Virus record (IMG/VR): IMGVR_UViG_3300020576_002312
Span: 1-64,000 of that record
Length of the DNA: 64,000 bases
From: a virus
Lineage: Duplodnaviria > Caudoviricetes
Strand: one strand, 5' to 3'
Notes under the pieces: generated by a model
Database searches by the model: none
Seen by the model: the letters and a program-made list of their open reading frames with translations, nothing else
Told to the model about the DNA's origin: nothing
In this document: positions 17,166 through 25,879 of the stretch, piece by piece
Layout: every line of letters starts with the position of its first letter
How positions within the stretch are numbered: the first letter of the stretch is position 1
Program-made: the position numbers and the translations under genes

Positions 17166-17196
17166 AAAAAAGCCCCTTAATCGGGGCTTTCCTTTT
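17166..17196. terminator. bidirectional intrinsic terminator
   Basis: A6-GCCCC-TTAATC-GGGGC-TTT between convergent units. Confidence 0.75.
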
Positions 17197-18113
17197 TATC
17201 TCGCAGCAGGCATCATAATTCCCGACTTACATTTCAGGGGTGTATCAACCTTACGGGATCTACATATTGAACCACAATCTTTGCACCGGAAAGCTAAATA
17301 TCTATTCACGGACGTAGAGTAATGTCCACACTCATCAATATTAGTTGAACCACAAGTAGGACACGTAGGCTCGATAGACTCCTGGTATATCGCCATATTA
17401 GGATGAGATACGATGAAAGGGCGAACCTCGCAATAGTAATCTTCAAGGATAACTACATCAACCTTATTGTATTTCTGCATATAGAGAAGGGACTTACTAT
17501 CTCCGTTCATACACTTAATCCATAGGTCAAAGTCTGTCTTTAATTTACCATTACCACTTGTAAGGGATGCGAGGTAGTCTAGTTTGTTTGATGCGTTTCT
17601 GAATCGTTTACGTGCAACCTCGTAGGTATCTATAACCTGATAAGGACTAGGCGGTGCTATCTTATTTCTTACGCACCGAGTATTGAAATAAGGAATATCA
17701 AATTTTTTCCCATTATGTGCGATTATCACATCGGCGGAGTTAATCCAATGCCAGAGACTTTGTATGATACGCTTATCGTCTTTGTTGATTGCCTCTTCAG
17801 GGGTAAGCACATCAGTCATTATCTTAGAGTCGAATAACCACTTAGCACTCCAACAAAGGAGAAATGATTCACCCTGTAAGGCATTGTGAGGCACAAACTG
17901 TTTGTTAGTTCCCCATACAAAAGCGGGGATAGGACTTGTCTCTAGGTCAAATAGTAAGACCTTGGGTTGTTTCGTTTCCCAGAACTTTCTCTTCCTTTCG
18001 TATCGTCTTAATGTTTCGGCAGTAATGCCATAGTGTGCGAGTGTTTCAGTCTCACCATTCTCATTAAGGTAGGTGAGTACCTGTTCTACGTGTGCTATTG
18101 TAGCATTACTCAT
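17196..18113 (-). CDS. RNase H-fold (DnaQ/PolB-like) 3'-5' exonuclease with C-terminal zinc ribbon
   Basis: LLFDLETS; AHNGKKFDIP; YNKVDV; CPTCGS...CKDCG. Confidence 0.85.
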   Translation of the reverse strand: MSNATIAHVEQVLTYLNENGETETLAHYGITAETLRRYERKRKFWETKQPKVLLFDLETSPIPAFVWGTNKQFVPHNALQGESFLLCWSAKWLFDSKIMTDVLTPEEAINKDDKRIIQSLWHWINSADVIIAHNGKKFDIPYFNTRCVRNKIAPPSPYQVIDTYEVARKRFRNASNKLDYLASLTSGNGKLKTDFDLWIKCMNGDSKSLLYMQKYNKVDVVILEDYYCEVRPFIVSHPNMAIYQESIEPTCPTCGSTNIDECGHYSTSVNRYLAFRCKDCGSICRSRKVDTPLKCKSGIMMPAAR

Positions 18114-18550
18114 TATTTACTTGTTTGGTTAGTATTACTGCGTTTACGTTGTTGTTCTTTTTGCCAAGCATCGAAAGTAGTTACTGAACCGTCTTTACAT
18201 GCTACAAGATCGTCAAGATAAGTAACCCATAGATTGAACTCATCATTTAGGTTCTTCTCTTTCTTCTTCTTCCACCAAGAGAAGTCCTCTCCCCTGCGTA
18301 CCCATGCTCGTTCATAGATTACACTTGCAAATTCCGTGAGAGTATTGACATAAATCTCTTTTGTAGGATTCTGTCTATGTAAGACATCCGCAACTGAGTA
18401 TATATATGCGGTAGGTAGTTTATATTCTCTATTTTCTCTCCTGCGAGTGAAACATTTATTGACAGCCCTCACAAAGCTATCCTTGCTCTTTTTTCCCATA
18501 TCTAATTGATTTAGTTGCACAAATGTAATAAAGATATATGAGATAACCAA
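18113..18550 (-). CDS. hypothetical protein (start probably MGKKS)
   Basis: ORF track; promoter box at 18520-18527 indicates a downstream start. Confidence 0.6.
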   Translation of the reverse strand: MVISYIFITFVQLNQLDMGKKSKDSFVRAVNKCFTRRRENREYKLPTAYIYSVADVLHRQNPTKEIYVNTLTEFASVIYERAWVRRGEDFSWWKKKKEKNLNDEFNLWVTYLDDLVACKDGSVTTFDAWQKEQQRKRSNTNQTSK

Positions 18551-18634
18551 AGAAAGATAAAACTATTTTGTGAAAAACATTTACTTCTTATGAAAATAAT
18601 TTAAAATATATTTGTTTATATGAAAAACGTTTAA

Positions 18635-18642
18635 TATCTTTG
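18635..18642 (+). promoter_or_regulatory. Bacteroidota promoter at the divergence point of the two arms
   Basis: TATCTTTG with TTTG at 18611-18614, 20-nt spacer. Confidence 0.75.
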
Positions 18643-18660
18643 TTACGTAAAACTATATTC

Positions 18661-18990
18661 ATGGAAGAAAATATATCGGTAGTCACAGTAGAGATGGATG
18701 CGTGGGAGTGGTTCTGTGCTGTAATCCAAAAAGGTAATAAGATACTTGAAAAGGTTAAAGACCACAAATCATTAACAGAGGAAGACTATGCGTGGCTTAA
18801 ACTTTTTTACCGAGCATGGGATAACGGAGAGATACCGTTATATCGTCAGCAAATGGAAGGGAAAACTGACAATTCGACACAAACTGATATTTTTGGTCAA
18901 CTTTTAACAGACGAAACTACCGAAGATGGTGACGGCACGGATATTGACAATACTGTTCTTGAACCAATAAATGAACAGAAAAATGAGTAG
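18661..18990 (+). CDS. hypothetical protein
   Basis: ORF track; ATG after promoter. Confidence 0.6.
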   Translation: MEENISVVTVEMDAWEWFCAVIQKGNKILEKVKDHKSLTEEDYAWLKLFYRAWDNGEIPLYRQQMEGKTDNSTQTDIFGQLLTDETTEDGDGTDIDNTVLEPINEQKNE

Positions 18991-19273
18991 AAGATTTTAC
19001 GTAGGCGAGACATCATCCATGATAAACGACATGTTTTATGGCCTTGATGTGTTATCATCAACATTCCCATTCTCCTTTAAAGGACAGGTAGTATCCTCCG
19101 AGGATTATGATCTTGTGCCTAAAAAATCATACATTGAGAAGCAGTTAAAAGAGAAAGAACAGGCATTACAAGAGTTCAAAGAAAGACAGAAGAACCATAA
19201 GCGTTGGGCAGACGAGCAGGAGAAAGCACTTGGGATTGAGATAGACCAACTAAAGCAAAAACTTACTCCTTAA
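18971..19273 (+). CDS. hypothetical coiled-coil protein
   Basis: ORF track; E/K/Q-rich C-terminus. Confidence 0.6.
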   Translation: MNRKMSRRFYVGETSSMINDMFYGLDVLSSTFPFSFKGQVVSSEDYDLVPKKSYIEKQLKEKEQALQEFKERQKNHKRWADEQEKALGIEIDQLKQKLTP

Positions 19274-19326
19274 AGGAAACAAGGGATTCGAGAGCAGAAA
19301 GTGACGAAAGGGAAACGTGTGAGCAA

Positions 19327-19360
19327 AGAGAGGTGGAATACAATCTTCCTCTCTTTTTTT
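19327..19360 (+). terminator. intrinsic terminator
   Basis: AGAGAGG...CCTCTCT followed by T-run. Confidence 0.7.
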
Positions 19361-19450
19361 ATGTCTAAGTTCAAGTTAAAAATAATGCGTAACTTCGCAG
19401 TCTAAAGTAATTTCATTTTTTTATTTATAAACTTAATACAATAAGTAAAG

Positions 19451-19930
19451 ATGCTCCTTAAGGCAGTAAGCAAAGTTTGGACTGGGGCGCACAACGAAAA
19501 GTTGCGCATAACAGATTCAACAAATGGAACGACATTCCTATTTAACGGAAGTCACATCAATGGTTTAATAGTAAGAGCAAGCACCAAGTCCTCGTTTATG
19601 TATCAGGATAACGTGCATGACTTCAGGGCAAAATGCTCATATGTGGAAACTGAGTCAACTAAAGCTGCTGTTAAAGCTGCTGCTGATTTGACTTTCCAAT
19701 CTACATTTGTAGCCCTACTCGTATATCCGAACAACGACAGTACAGCAACTCCGGTATCAACAGAAATCAACTGCGAAAGCATTGCCTATGTTTACAAGGA
19801 TGCTACTGCCCCTGCAACTAAGTCGTGGGTAGTTTACTACGAAGGTTCAAAACGTAGAGAGGTAAAAGTCGCTTACAGTATCAATCAGATATTGTCATTA
19901 GCTGATGATTCAAATTTGACCACGGTGTAA
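19451..19930 (+). CDS. putative auxiliary virion protein with internal duplication
   Basis: Beta-rich Ala/Thr/Ser composition; two similar halves; own terminator. Confidence 0.5.
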   Translation: MLLKAVSKVWTGAHNEKLRITDSTNGTTFLFNGSHINGLIVRASTKSSFMYQDNVHDFRAKCSYVETESTKAAVKAAADLTFQSTFVALLVYPNNDSTATPVSTEINCESIAYVYKDATAPATKSWVVYYEGSKRREVKVAYSINQILSLADDSNLTTV

Positions 19931-19966
19931 ACTCATTGATTTACAGTTAGTTAGTCTTTCATCATT

Positions 19967-20002
19967 AAATTCCGTTATCTCTTGTTGATGACGGAATTTT
20001 TT
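19967..20002 (+). terminator. intrinsic terminator
   Basis: AAATTCCGTTATC/GATGACGGAATTT followed by T-run. Confidence 0.75.
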
Positions 20003-20036
20003 ATTATATTTGCATACTAACTAAAATTAAAAGAAG

Positions 20037-20714
20037 ATGAAAGATTATGCAGGTGTTCAAGTAAAGGGCAGTAAATATATTGTCCAGTTTAGAGTTAAAA
20101 ATAAGTGTGTTTGTGGAGGAACTTACAATACTCCCGAAGAAGCTCACGCTGTTTATCTAAAGATGACAGAAGACCGAAATAAAGAGTATATTCGTCCTGT
20201 AGATTTTATAGAGGGCGAAGAGTGGAGAGAGGTGGCGGGATATGATGGTCGTTATTGGGTAAGCAATCTTGGACGTATAAAAAACATGAATCAGCGTCAT
20301 ACTGGGTTAGAATCACTAATGCCTCCACATCGGAATAAAGATGGATATTATACAATTCATCTTAGACCCAAAAACCATAAGTTAGCTGTTTTAATTTGGG
20401 TTACTTTTAATGGAGAATATGACAGGAAAAAAAATCAGGTTAATCATAAAGATTTAGATAAGTCTAATAACCGATTAGATAATCTTGAATGTATTTATGT
20501 TCGAGAGAACCAATGCCATTCACAGCAAAAGATACACAATAAGACAATGATGGGTTGTTACTTTGACAATAATAAAAGGAAATGGATTGCTTTAATTTCT
20601 GAAGGGGGAAAGCAACGGTATTTAGGGGCATTTTCAACACAAGAGGAGGGTCATGATCGTTACTTACAGGAGGTTGAGAAGATTGGAGAAACTAATAAGT
20701 ACTCATTCAAATAA
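20037..20714 (+). CDS. NUMOD4-HNH homing endonuclease flanked by AP2-like domains
   Basis: EEWREVAGYDGRYWVSNLGRIK; VNHKDLDKSNNRLDNLE; RYLGAFSTQEEGH. Confidence 0.9.
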   Translation: MKDYAGVQVKGSKYIVQFRVKNKCVCGGTYNTPEEAHAVYLKMTEDRNKEYIRPVDFIEGEEWREVAGYDGRYWVSNLGRIKNMNQRHTGLESLMPPHRNKDGYYTIHLRPKNHKLAVLIWVTFNGEYDRKKNQVNHKDLDKSNNRLDNLECIYVRENQCHSQQKIHNKTMMGCYFDNNKRKWIALISEGGKQRYLGAFSTQEEGHDRYLQEVEKIGETNKYSFK

Positions 20715-20746
20715 TCGGCAGCAGACTCAATTTAGTGCCAATAATT

Positions 20747-20776
20747 TGTCACGTTTTTGACCGTAAAAACGTGACA
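20747..20776. terminator. 12-bp perfect inverted repeat
   Basis: TGTCACGTTTTT-GACCGT-AAAAACGTGACA. Confidence 0.55.
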
Positions 20777-20819
20777 TTTGTATTTATACTATCTTTGTGG
20801 TGAACGAAACGAAAGGAAC

Positions 20820-21605
20820 ATGATTTCATTAAAGGACATTGATTCATCTAAACTATTACTACAAATATGTAGTACCTGTAAGGAGGAACTTCCTATTGAT
20901 CTTTTTACTCTTAGAAAAAATAAAAAAGGTGACCATTATGTAGGAACTGTATGTAAAAAATGTACTTCCTTATATAAAAAGCAGTATGCACTTAAACATC
21001 AAAGTGAAATTAGTGAATATAAGTCATCGTGGTATCTTAGGGAAAGGGATAGGTATCTAATAAAATTTAAGGAGCGATATTCTAATAATATAGTAGATGA
21101 AAGACAAAAACATAAAATTTATAGAGACTCCCATAAAGAAGAAAGTGCTTTATTGATGAAAGCGTACTATGATGCGAATAAAGATGAGTTAAAGGAGAAA
21201 AATAAAATATATTATGTTGAAAATAAAGAGAGTATTTTAAATCAGAAAAAGGAATATATTCAATCTAATTTAAGTGCACAGATAGGACATAATCTTCGAG
21301 GTAGAATATGGTCTGCCTTAAAGGGCGGGCATAAGGGGGATCGTCTTTTTGGGTTAATGGGATGTTCATTTGATTTTTTTAAACAATATATGGAAAATTT
21401 ATTTAAAGATAATATGAGCTGGAATAATTATGGAAAAAATGGATGGCACATAGACCATATACGACCATGCGCTTCTTTCAATCTTACCGACCCCGAAGAA
21501 CAAAAGAAATGTTTTCATTATACCAATCTACAACCAATGTGGTCTTCTGAAAATATCTCTAAGGGAAGTCGATATAATGGAATTATTCACAGATTAAAAA
21601 AATAA
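20820..21605 (+). CDS. HNH endonuclease (zinc finger + WHIDHIRPCASF type)
   Basis: CSTCKE...CKKC; LMGCS; MSWNNYG..GWHIDHIRPCASF..CFHYTNLQPMW..N. Confidence 0.88.
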   Translation: MISLKDIDSSKLLLQICSTCKEELPIDLFTLRKNKKGDHYVGTVCKKCTSLYKKQYALKHQSEISEYKSSWYLRERDRYLIKFKERYSNNIVDERQKHKIYRDSHKEESALLMKAYYDANKDELKEKNKIYYVENKESILNQKKEYIQSNLSAQIGHNLRGRIWSALKGGHKGDRLFGLMGCSFDFFKQYMENLFKDNMSWNNYGKNGWHIDHIRPCASFNLTDPEEQKKCFHYTNLQPMWSSENISKGSRYNGIIHRLKK

Positions 21606-21609
21606 TAAA

Positions 21610-22296
21610 ATGGCTATTCTTAATGAATTAAATACATCAAAAATGTCTTTTGATATTCACTCAAAAACACTATATGATGACATCCTTAAAAAGATTCCAG
21701 AATTTGATGTATATAATGGTAAAATAGATGTTATTAAGGTAAGCAGGTACATAATGCTTATGTACGATATGAACTCTCCCATGCGTTCAGAGAAGCCCGA
21801 CCTCTTTCAGCGTAAATACACCGTTGCTATGTATGTGGGGATGCCAAAGAGCAAGAGCAAGTTCACGGGAGAGGTAGAGGCTATTATCTTAGGGGAGAAT
21901 ATGGAAGTAAATACCATGACGCTTGCCTATATATCTCAGTATGGATTACCTGCTTACACAGCCCTACTCGCATACACAGCATTGCTATCCTTTGAAACGA
22001 TGAAAGTCTTTGGGGGAAAACAAACAAAGGATAGTCCTAAGTTAATTGACTATGCCGAAGAAAGGATAAGACACCTAACGAGAGAAGTGTTTAAGTCGGG
22101 CGATTATGATGAAAATACCCTTCTTAGACAACTTCTTTATGAAAAGATTGATAAAGAAAGACTAAGGCTTAGACCGGAGCAAATAATCGCAGATTTAGAA
22201 AAGATGGGTGCGCTCGATCCAAGTTTCTGCCCTTATGGTGAGGAGAACGCAGTAAGAACGGCAGTGAATGAAATGTTCTTTATAGGAGATAAATAA
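21610..22296 (+). CDS. putative terminase small subunit
   Basis: Position immediately upstream of TerL; helical protein. Confidence 0.5.
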   Translation: MAILNELNTSKMSFDIHSKTLYDDILKKIPEFDVYNGKIDVIKVSRYIMLMYDMNSPMRSEKPDLFQRKYTVAMYVGMPKSKSKFTGEVEAIILGENMEVNTMTLAYISQYGLPAYTALLAYTALLSFETMKVFGGKQTKDSPKLIDYAEERIRHLTREVFKSGDYDENTLLRQLLYEKIDKERLRLRPEQIIADLEKMGALDPSFCPYGEENAVRTAVNEMFFIGDK

Positions 22297-22299
22297 CCT

Positions 22300-24657
22300 A
22301 TGAAAGTAAGCGAAGATATTCTCAGTCGGTATAAACAAGCAGATACATCATTTTTAATCAATGACCTTGATAAAGACAGGCGAACAATCCGCATATCACT
22401 ACCAGAACCACCACCAATAGAACTGATTGATGGGTATGGAGAATTGCCCGAAAACCAAGTATTCAAAAGGAAAGAGACACCACATAGACTTAAACTACTT
22501 GAAAACGAAATCTTAAAGGAACTTCAAGACCGAAAGAAGGGTAACTATCAAGAGACTATCACGGGCTATAAGTTGATTGAGATGTTTTGGGAGAGGCTTG
22601 AGGAAAGAGCAGGGGAACTTGAAGATGAGATTGAATTTATAAAAAAGTTGTGGTGGTGGAGGACATACGGATACTGGTTCTTTAATGATGGGAAGCCCAC
22701 CTACATAACAGGCAGACATTTCATGTTTCTCACGTTCTTTTACATGCCTGACGTTAAAGATAACAACGGATACCCTGAGTATAGGGATAGACACCGTAGA
22801 GAGTTCTTATTCAGGGATTATCTACGAAAAACACATCATACCTTTGCGAAACGAGATGAGAAGGGATGGGCTGTGACTAACGATGATGGTACGTATGAAA
22901 TGACCGATATGAGGATGCGGTTGTTCTATGGCGTGGCACACCCAAAGAGTAGGCGTAATGGATCTACAATCATGTCGCTGAGTAATATGGTAGAGGGAGC
23001 AGAGACGGGTTTCGGAAAGTACTCTACTATTGTTTCTAAGGACGGTTCATCTACTGAAGAAGCATATAAACTAAAGTTACTCCCCGCATGGAACGACAGA
23101 CCTCTTTACATACGACCTATTTGGGATGGCAGTTTTAGACCTGAAACAATAAAGTACATTCCCCCAAAGAATAGTCTTGGCATAGAATCGTTGATGAGTA
23201 TTGTGGACTATACCGAGAGTGCAGGTACATTCAAAAAAGACGGTAATAAACTCAATGGGGATATTACTATAGACGAACCAGGTAAAACACAAAATATCAG
23301 CGTTTTAGAAAGACATGATGTTTATAAGAACGCAGCAGCACTTGGAGATGGAACGGTAATACTTGGGTTCTTTGATTACATATCCACGGTAGAGGAAATC
23401 AATGCAGCAGGAACGGCTTTCTTAGATTTACTTGACTTATCGGACTTCTATCAAAGGGGTAGTAACGGGCAGACCTCATCAGGGCTTGCGGTAATGATGT
23501 TTCCTTCTTATGATGGTCAGGAAGGATTCATTGATAAGTTTGGGGCAAGTGTGATACACGAACCCACGGAGAGACAAAAACAACTACGTCCCGATGCTCA
23601 GTTTGCACTACTCAATCAGGGTGCGTTCCAATATCAGCAAGAGAAAAGAGATGACTTCTTAAAGAAAGGTACTCCCGCAGCAATGCAGTCTTATAGGGCG
23701 TATGTAAAAAAATATCCTTGGTGCTCAAGTGAACTTAGTATAGGCACAAGTGGCGACATAGGTTTCAATTACGAGGTACTTGACAAACGTATAGCTGAAC
23801 TACGAAAACTCAAATCACTAAACAGACAAGAGGTAAAGATAGGTAACTTTTACAGGCAAAAAGATTCTCAGGGACAAGACGACCCCGATGGCAGGGTATT
23901 TTGGAGAACAGAGGATAACGGTAAGTTTGAAATGAGTTATGAGCCACCACCATCCTTAACCAACCTACGGACAAGGACTATGGGTTATGATGTGAATAAA
24001 GGGAAGGTAGTACCGCAATGGCGACCTGTATATATGACTAAATTTACTTTAGGGGCGGACAGTGTTGAATATGCCACGCAAAGAAAAGATACAGGCAGTA
24101 GTAGTAGGCAGTCAGATCCTGCAATGTGTATTTTAAGGGAACATGATGCCACCCTTAATCAAGGGCAAGACCCTACCGATTGGATTACTCCTGACATAGT
24201 ATTATTTTATAGATACAGACCTGCATCTCTTGGGGAATACATGGAAGACTGTATAATGGCAATGGAGTTTTATGGAGCAGCGATATTCCCCGAAAGAAAC
24301 AAGACACGACTCTTAGAATATGTTGTTGAGCGTGGTCGTATGGGCTACTTCAAATATTTAATAAACCCGATTACAGGAAGACAAGAGGCAGAACCTGGGT
24401 ATTGGGCGAGCAACGAAAGTAAGCAAGACGGACTTGGCTATGCAAAGGATTGGATAGAGTTCCATGCTCATAAATGCAAACATCTTCGTTTACTGGAAGA
24501 AATGCGAAACATACAGAGTATAGACCAACTTACAAAATTTGATGGATTAGCATCATTTCTTGCCTGTATGATAGGTTCAAAAAGTCCATACGGTCAAATT
24601 GCAGATCGCCAAAGCACATCAAAGATTGATTTAAGTGGTGTGAATTGGCTGAGATAA
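22300..24657 (+). CDS. terL: terminase large subunit (crAss-like)
   Basis: YITGRHFMFL; Walker A-like PKSRRNGST; Walker B ITIDEPGK; nuclease LGADS...SDPA; FPERN; KFD. Confidence 0.92.
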   Translation: MKVSEDILSRYKQADTSFLINDLDKDRRTIRISLPEPPPIELIDGYGELPENQVFKRKETPHRLKLLENEILKELQDRKKGNYQETITGYKLIEMFWERLEERAGELEDEIEFIKKLWWWRTYGYWFFNDGKPTYITGRHFMFLTFFYMPDVKDNNGYPEYRDRHRREFLFRDYLRKTHHTFAKRDEKGWAVTNDDGTYEMTDMRMRLFYGVAHPKSRRNGSTIMSLSNMVEGAETGFGKYSTIVSKDGSSTEEAYKLKLLPAWNDRPLYIRPIWDGSFRPETIKYIPPKNSLGIESLMSIVDYTESAGTFKKDGNKLNGDITIDEPGKTQNISVLERHDVYKNAAALGDGTVILGFFDYISTVEEINAAGTAFLDLLDLSDFYQRGSNGQTSSGLAVMMFPSYDGQEGFIDKFGASVIHEPTERQKQLRPDAQFALLNQGAFQYQQEKRDDFLKKGTPAAMQSYRAYVKKYPWCSSELSIGTSGDIGFNYEVLDKRIAELRKLKSLNRQEVKIGNFYRQKDSQGQDDPDGRVFWRTEDNGKFEMSYEPPPSLTNLRTRTMGYDVNKGKVVPQWRPVYMTKFTLGADSVEYATQRKDTGSSSRQSDPAMCILREHDATLNQGQDPTDWITPDIVLFYRYRPASLGEYMEDCIMAMEFYGAAIFPERNKTRLLEYVVERGRMGYFKYLINPITGRQEAEPGYWASNESKQDGLGYAKDWIEFHAHKCKHLRLLEEMRNIQSIDQLTKFDGLASFLACMIGSKSPYGQIADRQSTSKIDLSGVNWLR

Positions 24658-24718
24658 AATAATTTAATATTTATTTGGAATTGTCACTTACGTCATTTAT
24701 CTTTGAAGAAAAAATCCT

Positions 24719-25813
24719 ATGACAATACAAGAGATAGAACCGTATATAATTTATAAAGTAATTGCGGGTAGTAAGGCGTATGGATTAGACTTACCCACAT
24801 CCGATACCGATATTAGAGGAATCTTTATGCTCCCTAATGAATATCTTTTAGGGAATATCAAGTGCGAACAAGTTAACGATACCACAAATGATATTGTATA
24901 TTATGAACTTAATCGGTTTATTCATTTATTAAAAGAGAATAACCCTAATATTATAGAAAATCTATTTGTTCCATCAGATAAAATTCTATTTAATAGCCAT
25001 AAGATGGACATTCTTTATAATGCAAAAGAAAAGTTTCTAACTACTAAATGTCGCAATACATTTGGGGGTTATTCAATATCACAGATTAAAAAGGCGAGAG
25101 GACTTAATAAAAAGATTGTAAATCCGGTAGATAAAGAGAAGAAAAGTCCAATAGATTTCTGTTATATCTTTGAGAAAGAAGATGGTTATACCATGCTCGC
25201 AAAACAATGGTTAAAAAAACACGGGAAAAAACAAGAGTTTATTGGATTATCTGAATTACCAAACGGAGAACAGATATATAAGGTCTATTATGACTTTCTC
25301 GCTGAAACTAAAAACGATAATCCCCGCTATGGGAATATCGAAACACATGGATTTAGGGGTATCGTTGCCGATGACGGACATCAGTTAAGACACAGTGAGA
25401 TACCTAAAGGGCACATGCTTGAGGGTTTTTTATATTACAATCTTAATGGATATTCTCAGTACTGTAAAGAGTATAAGGAGTATTGGGATTGGGTTGGTAA
25501 AAGAAATCCCATAAGATATAATGATAATGCCAAACACGGGAAAGGGTATGATGGAAAGAATCTTATGCACTGCTTACGTATGCTTGATATAGCTATTGAA
25601 GTTGCACAAGGGAAAGGGGTTAATTTAGTTAGACCTAATAGAGAGTGGCTTTTAAGTGTAAGGCGTGGCGAAGCATCTTATGAAGAGATAATGGGATTAA
25701 TTGAATCAAAGAGGGAGATAATGGATAGTGCTTTTGCCGAATCCACGCTCCCATCCCATGTAGATGAAAAATTTGTTTTTAAACTTCTAAATGACATGCG
25801 AAAAAATAATTAA
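24719..25813 (+). CDS. Pol-beta superfamily nucleotidyltransferase (RlaP/T4 NrdC.11-like), moron
   Basis: AGSKAYGL..PTSDTDIRGIF; NPNIIE; GYDGKNLMHCLRML; own promoter (24698-24705) and terminator. Confidence 0.88.
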   Translation: MTIQEIEPYIIYKVIAGSKAYGLDLPTSDTDIRGIFMLPNEYLLGNIKCEQVNDTTNDIVYYELNRFIHLLKENNPNIIENLFVPSDKILFNSHKMDILYNAKEKFLTTKCRNTFGGYSISQIKKARGLNKKIVNPVDKEKKSPIDFCYIFEKEDGYTMLAKQWLKKHGKKQEFIGLSELPNGEQIYKVYYDFLAETKNDNPRYGNIETHGFRGIVADDGHQLRHSEIPKGHMLEGFLYYNLNGYSQYCKEYKEYWDWVGKRNPIRYNDNAKHGKGYDGKNLMHCLRMLDIAIEVAQGKGVNLVRPNREWLLSVRRGEASYEEIMGLIESKREIMDSAFAESTLPSHVDEKFVFKLLNDMRKNN

Positions 25814-25817
25814 GATT

Positions 25818-25841
25818 AAACCTCAGAAATGAGGTTTTTTT
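25818..25841 (+). terminator. intrinsic terminator
   Basis: AAACCTCA-GAAA-TGAGGTTT followed by T-run. Confidence 0.75.
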
Positions 25842-25879
25842 ATTTATGCCTATCTTTGTGAAAATATATCAAGGGCGAT

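Noticed and set aside
22300-24657. Intein or intron in terminase
   Set aside because: Length is ordinary for this type, with no C/S...HN-C/S/T splice motifs or reading-frame break
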